Virus record (IMG/VR): IMGVR_UViG_3300011187_000002
Source: a virus
Lineage: Duplodnaviria > Heunggongvirae > Uroviricota > Caudoviricetes
Direction: 5' to 3' (one strand)
Length of the DNA: 64,000 bases
A program made the translations under genes and the position numbers. The notes below the pieces were generated by a model. The model was not told where the DNA came from. It worked only from the letters and a program-made list of their open reading frames with translations, and did no database searches. This document shows, one piece after another, positions 8,928 through 16,899 of the stretch (its first letter is position 1; the number at the start of each line of letters is the position of its first letter).

Positions 8928-10457
8928 TCAGTCTTCGATACGCTCGTCTTCCGACAGTTCAAAACTAATGGTCTTGGTACCAGTAGTTTCGTCGAAATTC
9001 GCCCGCACCCGGCCATTCGTGATGATATCGAGGGCCACCTCCGGGTTCAACATGTTCAGACGACTTTCAATAAGGTCGTCAATGAGCAATTCCAAATTAG
9101 ACGTGGCCAGCCTCTGTTGGCGGTCTTCCAGCGACCCCATCGAATATCGTTGGGGAACAGGAGCTTGATTTTCGGAAGGCGTTACCTCGGTAACGGTTTG
9201 CCCACCTACTTCCACAGGTCGCATGGTAACTTGCCCACCTTGGATAACATTCGCCGGGGCTTCGACAGCCGCAAAGGTCACATCGTCTTGCGGCTCTAGC
9301 TGCAGGACCTCTTGGACCTCGGGTTGATCACCGGGCGTCACGTTCGAGAAAATGACTTGCGGTTCGTTGCGCTCCGTCACGATGTACGTGTACGGCTTGG
9401 TTCCGGTGTTCCGGGCGATAAGGCCCCGGTCTTCCAGACCACTGATCGCAGCCGACGTCGTGCCGTTGGAGGCCGTCCAACGTGTGCGGGTCGCGATAGT
9501 GACCAGTTCGTCGCCACCAATCTGAACCTGATCATCCTCGACCGCCAACTCTTGGAGCGTGGCGTAAATAAGGCCCTGCAACCACGTAAGGTTTTCGATG
9601 CTCGAAGTCGGCTCAGTTTCGACCGGTACCGTATTGACGAGGTTACGTGCCTCATCAACGGTAAGACCGTCGAACGTCACCGTTGTCGAGTAATAGCGCT
9701 GGCGTGGATCACGGTTGATGAAAGCATGGTCCAGAAGCCACTCCGTAGCCGACGATACCAGCGAAGTTGTCATACCAGTAAGCCGTACCACATCCGACTG
9801 ACTGTACCGTTCGCCTTGGGCATCCAAATACACGAAAGCGGCCAGCGTCTTACTCAGCGATTCGCTCATGTTCTGGAACACAAGGTGCGCTTTGGACTCT
9901 TGGATATCTTCCAAGGAGCGGTACTCATCGATCGGAACGTTGGGGTCGTCCGCACGGGATGCGAGGTGCCTCGCTACAGCCCGGTTATGGGCTTCGAGAT
10001 ACAGAGGGAGGTCGTCCCTTGTGATCTTGCCACGGGCTTCACCGCTCTTTACGGCGTCTGCCAGAACGTCACGGGTAGCCTGAATGAACGGCGGCAGGCA
10101 TTGGATCATCGAATGGCGGAGGCCCTTTTCAGTGCGCGCCAGAAAGCGGTCCACGTGATAAAGGATGTTTTCGTAATCCATTTCGGATCGACCAGCTACC
10201 TCTTGCAAAATGAGGTAGTTCATGTCGAGCGAATTCTGTTCCCGGTTGTGCGTCAAGCCGTAGAGCTTGGTGCCGATCAACGGGAATTTCGTGTGGGAAA
10301 AGACTACTTCCTCACACATTTCTACGAAATAAACAGCCAGCGAAGTGGCTTCGACGTAAGACTTTCTCGAAACCACATCGTTGACGTAATTCGCCAAGTC
10401 GAGCGAATACATACGGATGAAATCTCGGTTGTTGCGGGCATTCATTTGGGTCGTCAT
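8928..10457 (-). CDS. hypothetical protein (winged-helix-like segments)
   Basis: 509-aa ORF; Gln/Val/Thr-rich middle. Confidence 0.55.
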   Translation of the reverse strand: MTTQMNARNNRDFIRMYSLDLANYVNDVVSRKSYVEATSLAVYFVEMCEEVVFSHTKFPLIGTKLYGLTHNREQNSLDMNYLILQEVAGRSEMDYENILYHVDRFLARTEKGLRHSMIQCLPPFIQATRDVLADAVKSGEARGKITRDDLPLYLEAHNRAVARHLASRADDPNVPIDEYRSLEDIQESKAHLVFQNMSESLSKTLAAFVYLDAQGERYSQSDVVRLTGMTTSLVSSATEWLLDHAFINRDPRQRYYSTTVTFDGLTVDEARNLVNTVPVETEPTSSIENLTWLQGLIYATLQELAVEDDQVQIGGDELVTIATRTRWTASNGTTSAAISGLEDRGLIARNTGTKPYTYIVTERNEPQVIFSNVTPGDQPEVQEVLQLEPQDDVTFAAVEAPANVIQGGQVTMRPVEVGGQTVTEVTPSENQAPVPQRYSMGSLEDRQQRLATSNLELLIDDLIESRLNMLNPEVALDIITNGRVRANFDETTGTKTISFELSEDERIED

Positions 10458-10514
10458 TGACGTCTCCTACAGTGGGGGTGAGTATTGCGTATCAGATTTA
10501 CTACGTATGGGGGA

Positions 10515-10862
10515 TCAAGTCAAGAGCGCTTCGCAGACTTTTTGGGTCGTTTCCTTTTCGAATTTGCCTTCCCTATCGAACACGAGGGTTATTTCACCAC
10601 GGTCCCAGATAACCTGTACCATGTCCTCAATGTCGTATTCGGCGCGTTCTTCTTCGCCCCCGGCCCACCGATCCAAAGCCAACTGGTCTTTGTGGATGAA
10701 CAACTCCCAGCGACCCGGTTCCTCTTCGAGATCTTCAAGCACCATTTCCGGCCATATCGAACGGAACGCAGCAATGATCTTAGGCTTGACCCCTTCAATC
10801 GGCCTATGCACCGGTATCACTACATCAAATCCGCCTATCATCCGTATTGCTCCACTGCCCAA
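10515..10862 (-). CDS. hypothetical protein
   Basis: 115-aa ORF. Confidence 0.45.
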   Translation of the reverse strand: MGSGAIRMIGGFDVVIPVHRPIEGVKPKIIAAFRSIWPEMVLEDLEEEPGRWELFIHKDQLALDRWAGGEEERAEYDIEDMVQVIWDRGEITLVFDREGKFEKETTQKVCEALLT

Positions 10863-11437
10863 TCCAAAAACTTGACGATTTCGGGTTCCGGGCCTTTTGC
10901 TCTTTCAGATTCAGCATAGCCCGGATCATCATACCCCATATAGTCTTCGGCCAATCCGAACACACGATAATTGATTGACTCTTGCCAATCTGTAATCGGC
11001 GTTACGGTCGTCACGACGTCCATGTAGTCAGTCGCAATCTCGGCGGCCCCTACGACGTTGTAAACGGGCCTCTGATACTTGAACGCAACGCCACCGAAAT
11101 ACAGACCATCATAGTTAGCGCGGGCGTCACGGATCATAGTCGCATGTGGCTGCTCTTTCGAACGCTCGTCGATACCGCCGTTGTCGGTCCAGATACCGTC
11201 CACGCTTTTGAAAAAGCCGAACGCCTGCTTGGGATGTAGGTCAAGCGAATTGATCCCTAGCCACAGATCGGGGGCAAAATCCTGCACCGCCTTTACGACA
11301 CGTTGCAAATGCTGCCAATCCTTATCGTGGTTCACAAGAAACACGCCGTCAGCTTCGGCTTTTAGAACAATGTCCACGTTACGCAACACTTGGCGCGTTT
11401 CAGAAACGTGGATTACAGGCAATACTTTACAAGTCAT
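10838..11437 (-). CDS. hypothetical protein
   Basis: 199-aa ORF. Confidence 0.5.
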   Translation of the reverse strand: MTCKVLPVIHVSETRQVLRNVDIVLKAEADGVFLVNHDKDWQHLQRVVKAVQDFAPDLWLGINSLDLHPKQAFGFFKSVDGIWTDNGGIDERSKEQPHATMIRDARANYDGLYFGGVAFKYQRPVYNVVGAAEIATDYMDVVTTVTPITDWQESINYRVFGLAEDYMGYDDPGYAESERAKGPEPEIVKFLDWAVEQYG

Positions 11438-12173
11438 CGGGACCTATTCCTTGTTCAATAAACGGGATCAATACACGTGGGGAGGCAAGGCCGGTGTTAG
11501 AAATCGAATGCACGTCGCCACCAATCGAAAACCGCTTGATCTGCTCATCGGCGAAATACGAACACGAGTGGGTTTCTAGCCAGCCGTATTGCTCAGTCCA
11601 GACCTCAATGTCGACTTTGTAATGGTGATAACCCGGATCGTCTTTGGTGCAATCACGGGCGCGGCATTCAATCCCAAGGTCTTCTAGGAACCGAAGCGCA
11701 TTGGACAGCAATTCGAAAAATACCCTTTCCCATTCGTCGGGATCAACAAAGGCATACTGTTCTAGTTTGCGGAACTCTTTGCACGACCGCAAACCCTCGT
11801 ACTCATCTTCGGTACGGAAACAGGCGTTCTCAGCGTACAGGAGCATCGGCTCGACGTTTTGGCCCGCATATCGCTCCAAGATACCCTGCTCCGCCGAACC
11901 CGCCAGACAATGCACCTCGTCCACGTTCAGGGTGTGATCTACGGTGACTGTGCCTTGTTTGCGAAGCGATGACCATTTCAAAGAGGAAGGGACCGACAGG
12001 TACTTGAAACCCTTGGCGATCAATCGCTCTTCGAACATTCGAAAAAGGCGGCGCTCCAGTTCCGATAGCTCGGGTCCTAAATGCACCACCCCATCTTCGA
12101 TCGTGTAATCACTCATCGGTGCCATACTGTTTCGGGTTGAAGACTGGCCCGCTGGATTTCCCATTTTCGCCAA
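11427..12173 (-). CDS. class II aminoacyl-tRNA synthetase-like minimal catalytic core (SerRS/aa:carrier-protein-ligase-like)
   Basis: 248 aa; motif-2-like NACFRTEDEYEGLRSCKEFRKLEQYAF (fRxE...GL.R..EF...E) and motif-3-like GDVHSISNTGLASPRVLIPFIE; no anticodon-binding domain. Confidence 0.45.
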   Translation of the reverse strand: MAKMGNPAGQSSTRNSMAPMSDYTIEDGVVHLGPELSELERRLFRMFEERLIAKGFKYLSVPSSLKWSSLRKQGTVTVDHTLNVDEVHCLAGSAEQGILERYAGQNVEPMLLYAENACFRTEDEYEGLRSCKEFRKLEQYAFVDPDEWERVFFELLSNALRFLEDLGIECRARDCTKDDPGYHHYKVDIEVWTEQYGWLETHSCSYFADEQIKRFSIGGDVHSISNTGLASPRVLIPFIEQGIGPDDL

Positions 12174-12843
12174 TCATTTCACCAGCCAGCCCTTTAGGCT
12201 TGCGGCCATACTGTTCGGCTTGTTCGGTGAATTTCTCAGTCAGTAAAGCAGCGAATGCTCGGAGGCCGCCGAAATGGTTAATCATTTCCCGCTCGCCACG
12301 GTTGAAATCCTCATCCAGATCAAACTTCCAGCCTTGCTTTTCAAAGACATCGCAAATCATCGGTTCATCCCCCGGCTCCAGAATCTTGAGCGGCAATTCT
12401 TCCGGGTGATTTAGGTAACGGTCCTGCATCCTGCCGATCTTTGCGGCCATCGGAATGGAAGGGTTATCCCAGATGCGCCGACAGATAACTTCCCAGCCCC
12501 CCTCAAGTTCTCGGCGTGAGGCTTTGGCGGCTTCGAGGGATTGCTTGGCCTGTTCCAGATTTTCTTGGGCTTGGGCAGCCTCTTTCGACTTAACACCCCG
12601 GACCATTTCGCTGAAGGCAATCAGTTGATCGAGGTCGAAGCCATATTGCTCTTCGGCCACACCGGCGACAGCACCGATCACATCCGCAAGCTCTATCAGA
12701 ACCAGTAAGTCGAGGCCCCGGATATCGGCGTCAACGGCCTCATCCAGTTCCTCTTGAATCTTCGACAGTTCGCCGTAGACCCCTTTGGTGACTCGGACGT
12801 CGTGGTAGGGCGATTTTTTCGTTTTGTTGTCACGCATTTTCAA
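12109..12843 (-). CDS. MazG/HisE-like all-alpha NTP pyrophosphohydrolase domain protein
   Basis: 244 aa; N-terminal ELSKIQEELDEAVDADIRGLDLLVLIELADVIGAVAGVAEEQYGFDLDQLIAF resembles MazG/HisE EExxE...DxxE core. Confidence 0.4.
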   Translation of the reverse strand: MKMRDNKTKKSPYHDVRVTKGVYGELSKIQEELDEAVDADIRGLDLLVLIELADVIGAVAGVAEEQYGFDLDQLIAFSEMVRGVKSKEAAQAQENLEQAKQSLEAAKASRRELEGGWEVICRRIWDNPSIPMAAKIGRMQDRYLNHPEELPLKILEPGDEPMICDVFEKQGWKFDLDEDFNRGEREMINHFGGLRAFAALLTEKFTEQAEQYGRKPKGLAGEMIGENGKSSGPVFNPKQYGTDE

Positions 12844-13084
12844 CCCCGGTCAAGTAAAGCATCACACGCAATTTACTATCGACGCTGTAATACATGAACT
12901 TACGACGCTTAATAGTACCCCTAACCATACTAAAATCTTCGCCCCGTCCCCCTACAACCACTTCTTCCGACACATTCGGTACGGGAACAGGGTGCGAAAA
13001 TTCGTGAAATTCGAATGGGTGATCTGACCCGGCTGTATCCTCATCATCGTAAAATTCAATGTCCATCGAATAGTTATCCGGCAT
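12830..13084 (-). CDS. hypothetical acidic protein
   Basis: 84-aa ORF. Confidence 0.4.
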   Translation of the reverse strand: MPDNYSMDIEFYDDEDTAGSDHPFEFHEFSHPVPVPNVSEEVVVGGRGEDFSMVRGTIKRRKFMYYSVDSKLRVMLYLTGVENA

Positions 13085-13154
13085 TTCTGTCCCTTTCTGT
13101 TGGATTCATTATCGCTTGATAATGCTTATTGTAAATGTCCCCAAAGGCCCGATC

Positions 13155-13370
13155 TCACTCGTAAGTGCCTTCCTCGTAAACAAGAGTGAGATCTCTTGCT
13201 TCGTTTGCAACTTCCGTGATCACTTGCCTTAATTTAGGAGTAAAATTCTTTAGTAAAAGTGCAGAGTACCCCGAAACCACTATTGGGTGTTGTGGGGGTT
13301 CTTTTTCATACTTTCTCCGAGCGGCTTTGATTAAAGTCTTCGGATGTATGGCGGGCTTATATTCAGACAT
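13155..13370 (-). CDS. hypothetical protein
   Basis: ORF-track start runs into tRNA; internal ATG (MSEYKPAIH...) at 13370 chosen. Confidence 0.4.
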   Translation of the reverse strand: MSEYKPAIHPKTLIKAARRKYEKEPPQHPIVVSGYSALLLKNFTPKLRQVITEVANEARDLTLVYEEGTYE

Positions 13371-13391
13371 GCCGTAACTCCAGTATTCAAG

Positions 13392-13468
13392 TACCCCCGG
13401 TGGGACTCGAACCCACAACTAACCGGCATTTTAAGTGCCGTGCCTCATTCCATTTGGGCCACGGGGGC
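13392..13468 (-). tRNA. tRNA with anticodon UAA (nominally Leu) but class-I-sized variable loop
   Basis: GCCCCCG/CGGGGGU acceptor, GG in D-loop, anticodon stem CGGCA/UGCCG with loop CUUAAAA, 7-nt variable loop, T-arm GUGGG-UUCGAGU-CCCAC, discriminator A; no CCA encoded. Confidence 0.65.
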
Positions 13469-13937
13469 TTAATTTTGATCTTTTAACGTCGTGTACGACG
13501 GGTCTATTGTTTCCACATCCAAAGGATCCATGCGACCATTTTGGACCTCTGCACCATACTTCCCGGCGCAGGCCCGGACCTAGATCAATACAATGGAGGA
13601 TGTAAGCTGCAGCCGTAGACCGGCTGATACCCGCTTCACAATGACAATAGACGTACTCAGCCTCTAGGAGCGTATCAGACGCATCGAGAAGCCTTTGGAT
13701 ATCGTCATCGGTTGGCGCTTGGTACCCGGCCAAAGAAGCCGTGGAGACGGCCCACGGGGACGTCACGTCGTCAAAGCAAAAGAACTCGTGGCGCGGGTTA
13801 TCCTCTTCGAAGATAGCCCACAGTGGTTCGGAAGGTGGGGAAACAAACTCCACCAGAGCATAGTCCGTACCGGCCTCTTTCATTCGGGGGAGATCACGGA
13901 GTGCCCTGAAAACGTTGAATGTAAGGATCTTTTTCAT
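13431..13937 (-). CDS. protein tyrosine/dual-specificity phosphatase-like protein
   Basis: CX5R P-loop HCEAGISRS; start placed at internal ATG (MKKILTF...) to avoid tRNA-Leu(CAA); 3' end overlaps the UAA tRNA. Confidence 0.5.
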   Translation of the reverse strand: MKKILTFNVFRALRDLPRMKEAGTDYALVEFVSPPSEPLWAIFEEDNPRHEFFCFDDVTSPWAVSTASLAGYQAPTDDDIQRLLDASDTLLEAEYVYCHCEAGISRSTAAAYILHCIDLGPGLRREVWCRGPKWSHGSFGCGNNRPVVHDVKRSKLSPRGPNGMRHGT

Positions 13938-13948
13938 AGGGGATAAGT

Positions 13949-14031
13949 GCCGAAGGTGGGAGTCGAACCCACACGACCCGAAGGCCACCTGATTTTGAAT
14001 CAGGCAAGTCTACCAATTCCATCACTTCGGC
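13949..14031 (-). tRNA. tRNA-Leu(CAA)
   Basis: 83 nt; acceptor GCCGAAG/CUUCGGC, anticodon loop UUCAAAA, long variable arm, T-loop UUCGACU, discriminator A; no CCA. Confidence 0.8.
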
Positions 14032-14038
14032 TTAAAAG

Positions 14039-14299
14039 CTATTCTTTGGTCAAGGCTGCGAGTTCCTCTTCCAATTGGGCCTCTGCGGAAAGATCAACAA
14101 GTTCCGCGCCGTTCTCATCGAATAACACGTACTTGTCGAAATCTTGGTTCGTCGAGCGTGCCCGGCGAAACCAGTGCTTAGACCCGTCAGTAAGTACGAT
14201 CAAGATAGGTAAATCCCCTTTGATTCGGGGTGCTTTACGCAGCGCTTCCCTACCTACGGGGTCACGCATTATCTTGTTTTTCAGATCGTCCATACTCAC
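14039..14299 (-). CDS. hypothetical protein
   Basis: 86-aa ORF between two tRNAs. Confidence 0.45.
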   Translation of the reverse strand: MSMDDLKNKIMRDPVGREALRKAPRIKGDLPILIVLTDGSKHWFRRARSTNQDFDKYVLFDENGAELVDLSAEAQLEEELAALTKE

Positions 14300-14303
14300 C
14301 TCA

Positions 14304-14377
14304 AGCCCACGGACGGATTCGAACCGCCGACCAGCTACTTACAAGGTAGCCGCTCTGCCAGACTGAGCTACGTGGGC
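14304..14377 (-). tRNA. tRNA-Thr(UGU)
   Basis: 74 nt; GCCCACG acceptor, D-arm GCUCAGUCUGGCAGAGC, anticodon loop CUUGUAA, T-loop UUCGAAU. Confidence 0.8.
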
Positions 14378-14420
14378 GTGCTTTGGGGACAACAACAGAA
14401 TACCTGTTGCTCATTCCCGA

Positions 14421-14672
14421 CTATATGACCGATATCCAATTACCAGTCATGACGTCAAGCATCAAAAGGACTTTCTCATCCCCTTCCGGCGCTTGATATT
14501 CGAAAATCTCGTACCCCAACTTACTGCGCTCAGTACGTAAACACGTATAGCCTGTAAGGTCAAGGAGGGATTGCAAAGTTACAGCCTTGGAGACTTCGAC
14601 CTCATCTATCGAACCGCCCGCTTCTTCTACGTACTCTGTAGCGAATTCAAGCAAGTCGTCCATAGCCGTCAT
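14421..14672 (-). CDS. hypothetical protein
   Basis: 83-aa ORF. Confidence 0.45.
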   Translation of the reverse strand: MTAMDDLLEFATEYVEEAGGSIDEVEVSKAVTLQSLLDLTGYTCLRTERSKLGYEIFEYQAPEGDEKVLLMLDVMTGNWISVI

Positions 14673-15073
14673 AGCATTTCCTGTAAATCTTCGGCACCGA
14701 TAAGTATCGCCGATAGTACCATGAGGAAGTCACCCCATGCAACCACCCACCAGTTTTCAACCAGATAGGAAAATGTCGACAGGGAAGGGTAATCATACCG
14801 GTGCGCCATCAACAGGACAAACACCATGATGAATATCAAGAAGCCGACGCATCGAGCGATATGAAAAATAAGGGTTTTCATTGATCGCCCCGCCAAAAGG
14901 CATAAACAAGGGCGATCAGCATCACCAACACCATGACAGCTAAGAAAAAGACCATGATGCTTACAACAGTAAACGCCATTGGCTCCAGAGCACTGTAGCC
15001 AGTATCGGAGGCTTCGATCTGCTTGAAAGGTAAAAGGGGCATCATGCGTGCAACTCTGCGAGGACCTCATCAA
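14669..15073 (-). CDS. hypothetical membrane protein
   Basis: 134 aa with hydrophobic helix FHIARCVGFLIFIMVFVLLMA. Confidence 0.45.
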   Translation of the reverse strand: MMRSSQSCTHDAPFTFQADRSLRYWLQCSGANGVYCCKHHGLFLSCHGVGDADRPCLCLLAGRSMKTLIFHIARCVGFLIFIMVFVLLMAHRYDYPSLSTFSYLVENWWVVAWGDFLMVLSAILIGAEDLQEML

Positions 15074-15278
15074 CCGACAGGGGTGCCGGGTAAGAATCCC
15101 CGTCTGTTACTGAATCTTGTATCGCGCAAAAAACAACTTCTTCGATCGCCGCATACGCCTGCTCGACTGTAAGTCCATCTGCGGACAACAGAGGGAACTC
15201 CAGACAAAAGCCAATGAAATAGCCCTCGTCCTCATCATGCTTGATCACATAGGTGTAGCGACTTGCTTCAGTAGTCAT
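15042..15278 (-). CDS. HicB-like (UPF0150) domain protein
   Basis: YTYVIKHDEDEGYFIGFCLEFPLLSADGLTVEQAYAAIEEVV matches Y..VIE.DE.GGY.A.VPELPG...G.T.EEA pattern; internal start chosen; no HicA partner nearby. Confidence 0.4.
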   Translation of the reverse strand: MTTEASRYTYVIKHDEDEGYFIGFCLEFPLLSADGLTVEQAYAAIEEVVFCAIQDSVTDGDSYPAPLSVDEVLAELHA

Positions 15279-15522
15279 TAGGGTCAATCTCGACAAAACC
15301 CAGCGGCCCGGTGAACTCGTAAGTTTCTTCGAAGATCTCAGCATCACAGACGTAAAGTTCACCCTTAACGCCCCGCATCAAAAAATCACCGGCCTTGCCC
15401 GTCATAGTGCCCTCCATCGTCACGACACTGAAAGGCTCGTTGATCTTCTTGGCGTGGGCCGGGGCCTTTTTCTTGCACTTTTTCAGACCTTCGACCTTTT
15501 CGTACTCTGCGAACTTCAACAT
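15268..15522 (-). CDS. hypothetical protein
   Basis: 84-aa ORF. Confidence 0.45.
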   Translation of the reverse strand: MLKFAEYEKVEGLKKCKKKAPAHAKKINEPFSVVTMEGTMTGKAGDFLMRGVKGELYVCDAEIFEETYEFTGPLGFVEIDPNDY

Positions 15523-15822
15523 TCAAAATGCCCGGTTAGTCTGAACTTGGTTTATGACCACATCCGTTTCGGTGTACAGGTAAGACGTTGCGAATTCGAT
15601 GATTTCCATCACTCGCCAATCTTCGGTTCGGATAGGCCGGAAAATAACGACCTCATCGCTCCCATACTTAGCGGTACCCTCAACAAAAAGATTCTGGTTG
15701 CCGATGGTGTAAATACCACGAGGCAAATTGTCCAGATCAATAGGTATGGTCTTGGGCTTGACAGGAACCACACGTTGCTCTGGTCCGTTGCCTAAGCCCA
15801 AGATCCGCTTGAAAAACGACAT
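15523..15822 (-). CDS. hypothetical protein
   Basis: 99-aa ORF. Confidence 0.45.
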   Translation of the reverse strand: MSFFKRILGLGNGPEQRVVPVKPKTIPIDLDNLPRGIYTIGNQNLFVEGTAKYGSDEVVIFRPIRTEDWRVMEIIEFATSYLYTETDVVINQVQTNRAF

Positions 15823-15836
15823 ACTGTCTCCTAAAG

Positions 15837-15924
15837 GGTGCCTGACGGGACTTGAACCCGCAGTAAAACCGCAGTAAAACCGCAGTCACAGTGCGGCGCG
15901 TCTACCAATTCCGCCACAGGCACC
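15837..15924 (-). tRNA. tRNA-His(GUG) with encoded G-1 and an 11-nt tandem duplication in the variable region
   Basis: 8-bp acceptor GGUGCCUG/CAGGCACC (G-1:C73), anticodon stem CCGCA/UGCGG with loop CUGUGAC; between the anticodon stem and T-arm there is UGCGGUUUUAC x2 (plus-strand ccgcagtaaaa x2 at 15861-15882), about 14 nt longer than a normal tRNA-His. Confidence 0.6.
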
Positions 15925-15959
15925 ATACATCTTGATACTATCAGATACGTATCGCTACG

Positions 15960-16193
15960 TCAATACGCAAATTGCGGCTCGATATCGTAAGCCTTGCAAA
16001 TAGCCGCAAACAACCCTTTCGACCCCCGGATGTAACCCATCAAGCCGGGACATGCCTTGTAGGCTTCCAAGAGCTTTGCATCCGGCGTGTCGTCAAGGGC
16101 ATTGTTGTATTTTACGAACTGATCATGCACCCGCTGTACTTCTTCTTTCGTCATCATAATGTTCCTAGTTAGGGTAAACAGCGACGAACCCAT
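15960..16193 (-). CDS. hypothetical protein
   Basis: 77-aa ORF. Confidence 0.45.
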   Translation of the reverse strand: MGSSLFTLTRNIMMTKEEVQRVHDQFVKYNNALDDTPDAKLLEAYKACPGLMGYIRGSKGLFAAICKAYDIEPQFAY

Positions 16194-16471
16194 TTAACCG
16201 GGTCGTCCTCGTGTTCGGGAACCTCTTTTGTCTCTTCGGCCCACGCATGGGGGCTTCGATTCGACATACTAGATAAAGCCGTGGCCTTATCAAAATCTTC
16301 CAACAGGGCGCGTAGCAAGATGTAACACCGGGGGCCTAGAAACTTCTTGCTGGGATACTTCGACGCCCGGACAGGGATCACAGCACCCGCGTCGTTTTCA
16401 AGCAACACACCAAGGGGGAATTCCACGCCCTCGAAATGGCTCGGGGTAAACAGAATCCGGCAATACCTCAC
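16169..16471 (-). CDS. hypothetical protein
   Basis: 100-aa ORF. Confidence 0.45.
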   Translation of the reverse strand: MRYCRILFTPSHFEGVEFPLGVLLENDAGAVIPVRASKYPSKKFLGPRCYILLRALLEDFDKATALSSMSNRSPHAWAEETKEVPEHEDDPVKWVRRCLP

Positions 16472-16671
16472 GTCAAGCTCCGCATGGCCGCAATAGCTTT
16501 GTTCTGACGATCACGGCGTTTGCGTGCCCTTTCAAGGCGGCTCTGCCGGGACTTTTCGCTGGCCCTACGCACAGACTCCTTACCCTTATCGGACTGGAGC
16601 CATTCGTTGATCTTACGGACTTGTTCGTCGGCTTCGGCCTGTTCTTCTTCGGTCAATTCGAGATCACTCAT
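16468..16671 (-). CDS. hypothetical basic protein
   Basis: start placed at second ATG (MSDLELTEEE...) forming ATGAGTGA overlap with upstream small ORF. Confidence 0.4.
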   Translation of the reverse strand: MSDLELTEEEQAEADEQVRKINEWLQSDKGKESVRRASEKSRQSRLERARKRRDRQNKAIAAMRSLT

Positions 16672-16810
16672 TTTCGACCTTTCCCGGCTCCACATTCACG
16701 TAAATCTGATTGCAAGTCGCACATGAGATCCAATAAGGATACAGCGTTTTGGGAGGCTCAACACTCCCAAAGGGGCGATCACAGTCGGGACACACTTTCT
16801 CAGAGGACAT
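16664..16810 (-). CDS. small zinc-ribbon protein (48 aa)
   Basis: ORF MSSEKVCPDCDRPFGSVEPPKTLYPYWISCATCNQIYVNVEPGKVENE (CPxC...CxxC), below ORF-track size cutoff; sits between tRNA-Thr(CGU) and next gene. Confidence 0.4.
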   Translation of the reverse strand: MSSEKVCPDCDRPFGSVEPPKTLYPYWISCATCNQIYVNVEPGKVENE

Positions 16811-16826
16811 AATTGCCTACCCTAAA

Positions 16827-16899
16827 AGCCCGGAGCCGGATTCGAACCGGCGACCTTTTCGTTACGAATGAAATGCTCTGCCAACTGAGCTATCCGGGC
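16827..16899 (-). tRNA. tRNA-Thr(CGU)
   Basis: 73 nt; GCCCGGA acceptor, D-arm GCUCAGUUGGCAGAGC, anticodon loop UUCGUAA, T-loop UUCGAAU. Confidence 0.8.

Noticed and set aside
9312-10460. 382-aa plus-strand ORF
   Set aside because: Entirely antisense to the 509-aa minus gene; Arg/Val-rich composition typical of GC-rich reverse frames.
13392-13468. tRNA with anticodon UAA as an ochre suppressor
   Set aside because: Anticodon UAA pairs with codon UUA (Leu), not UAA stop; a suppressor would need anticodon UUA.
15861-15882. Direct repeat ccgcagtaaaa x2 considered as a CRISPR or other repeat array
   Set aside because: Only two units, with no spacers, and located inside a tRNA-His; interpreted as slippage duplication instead.
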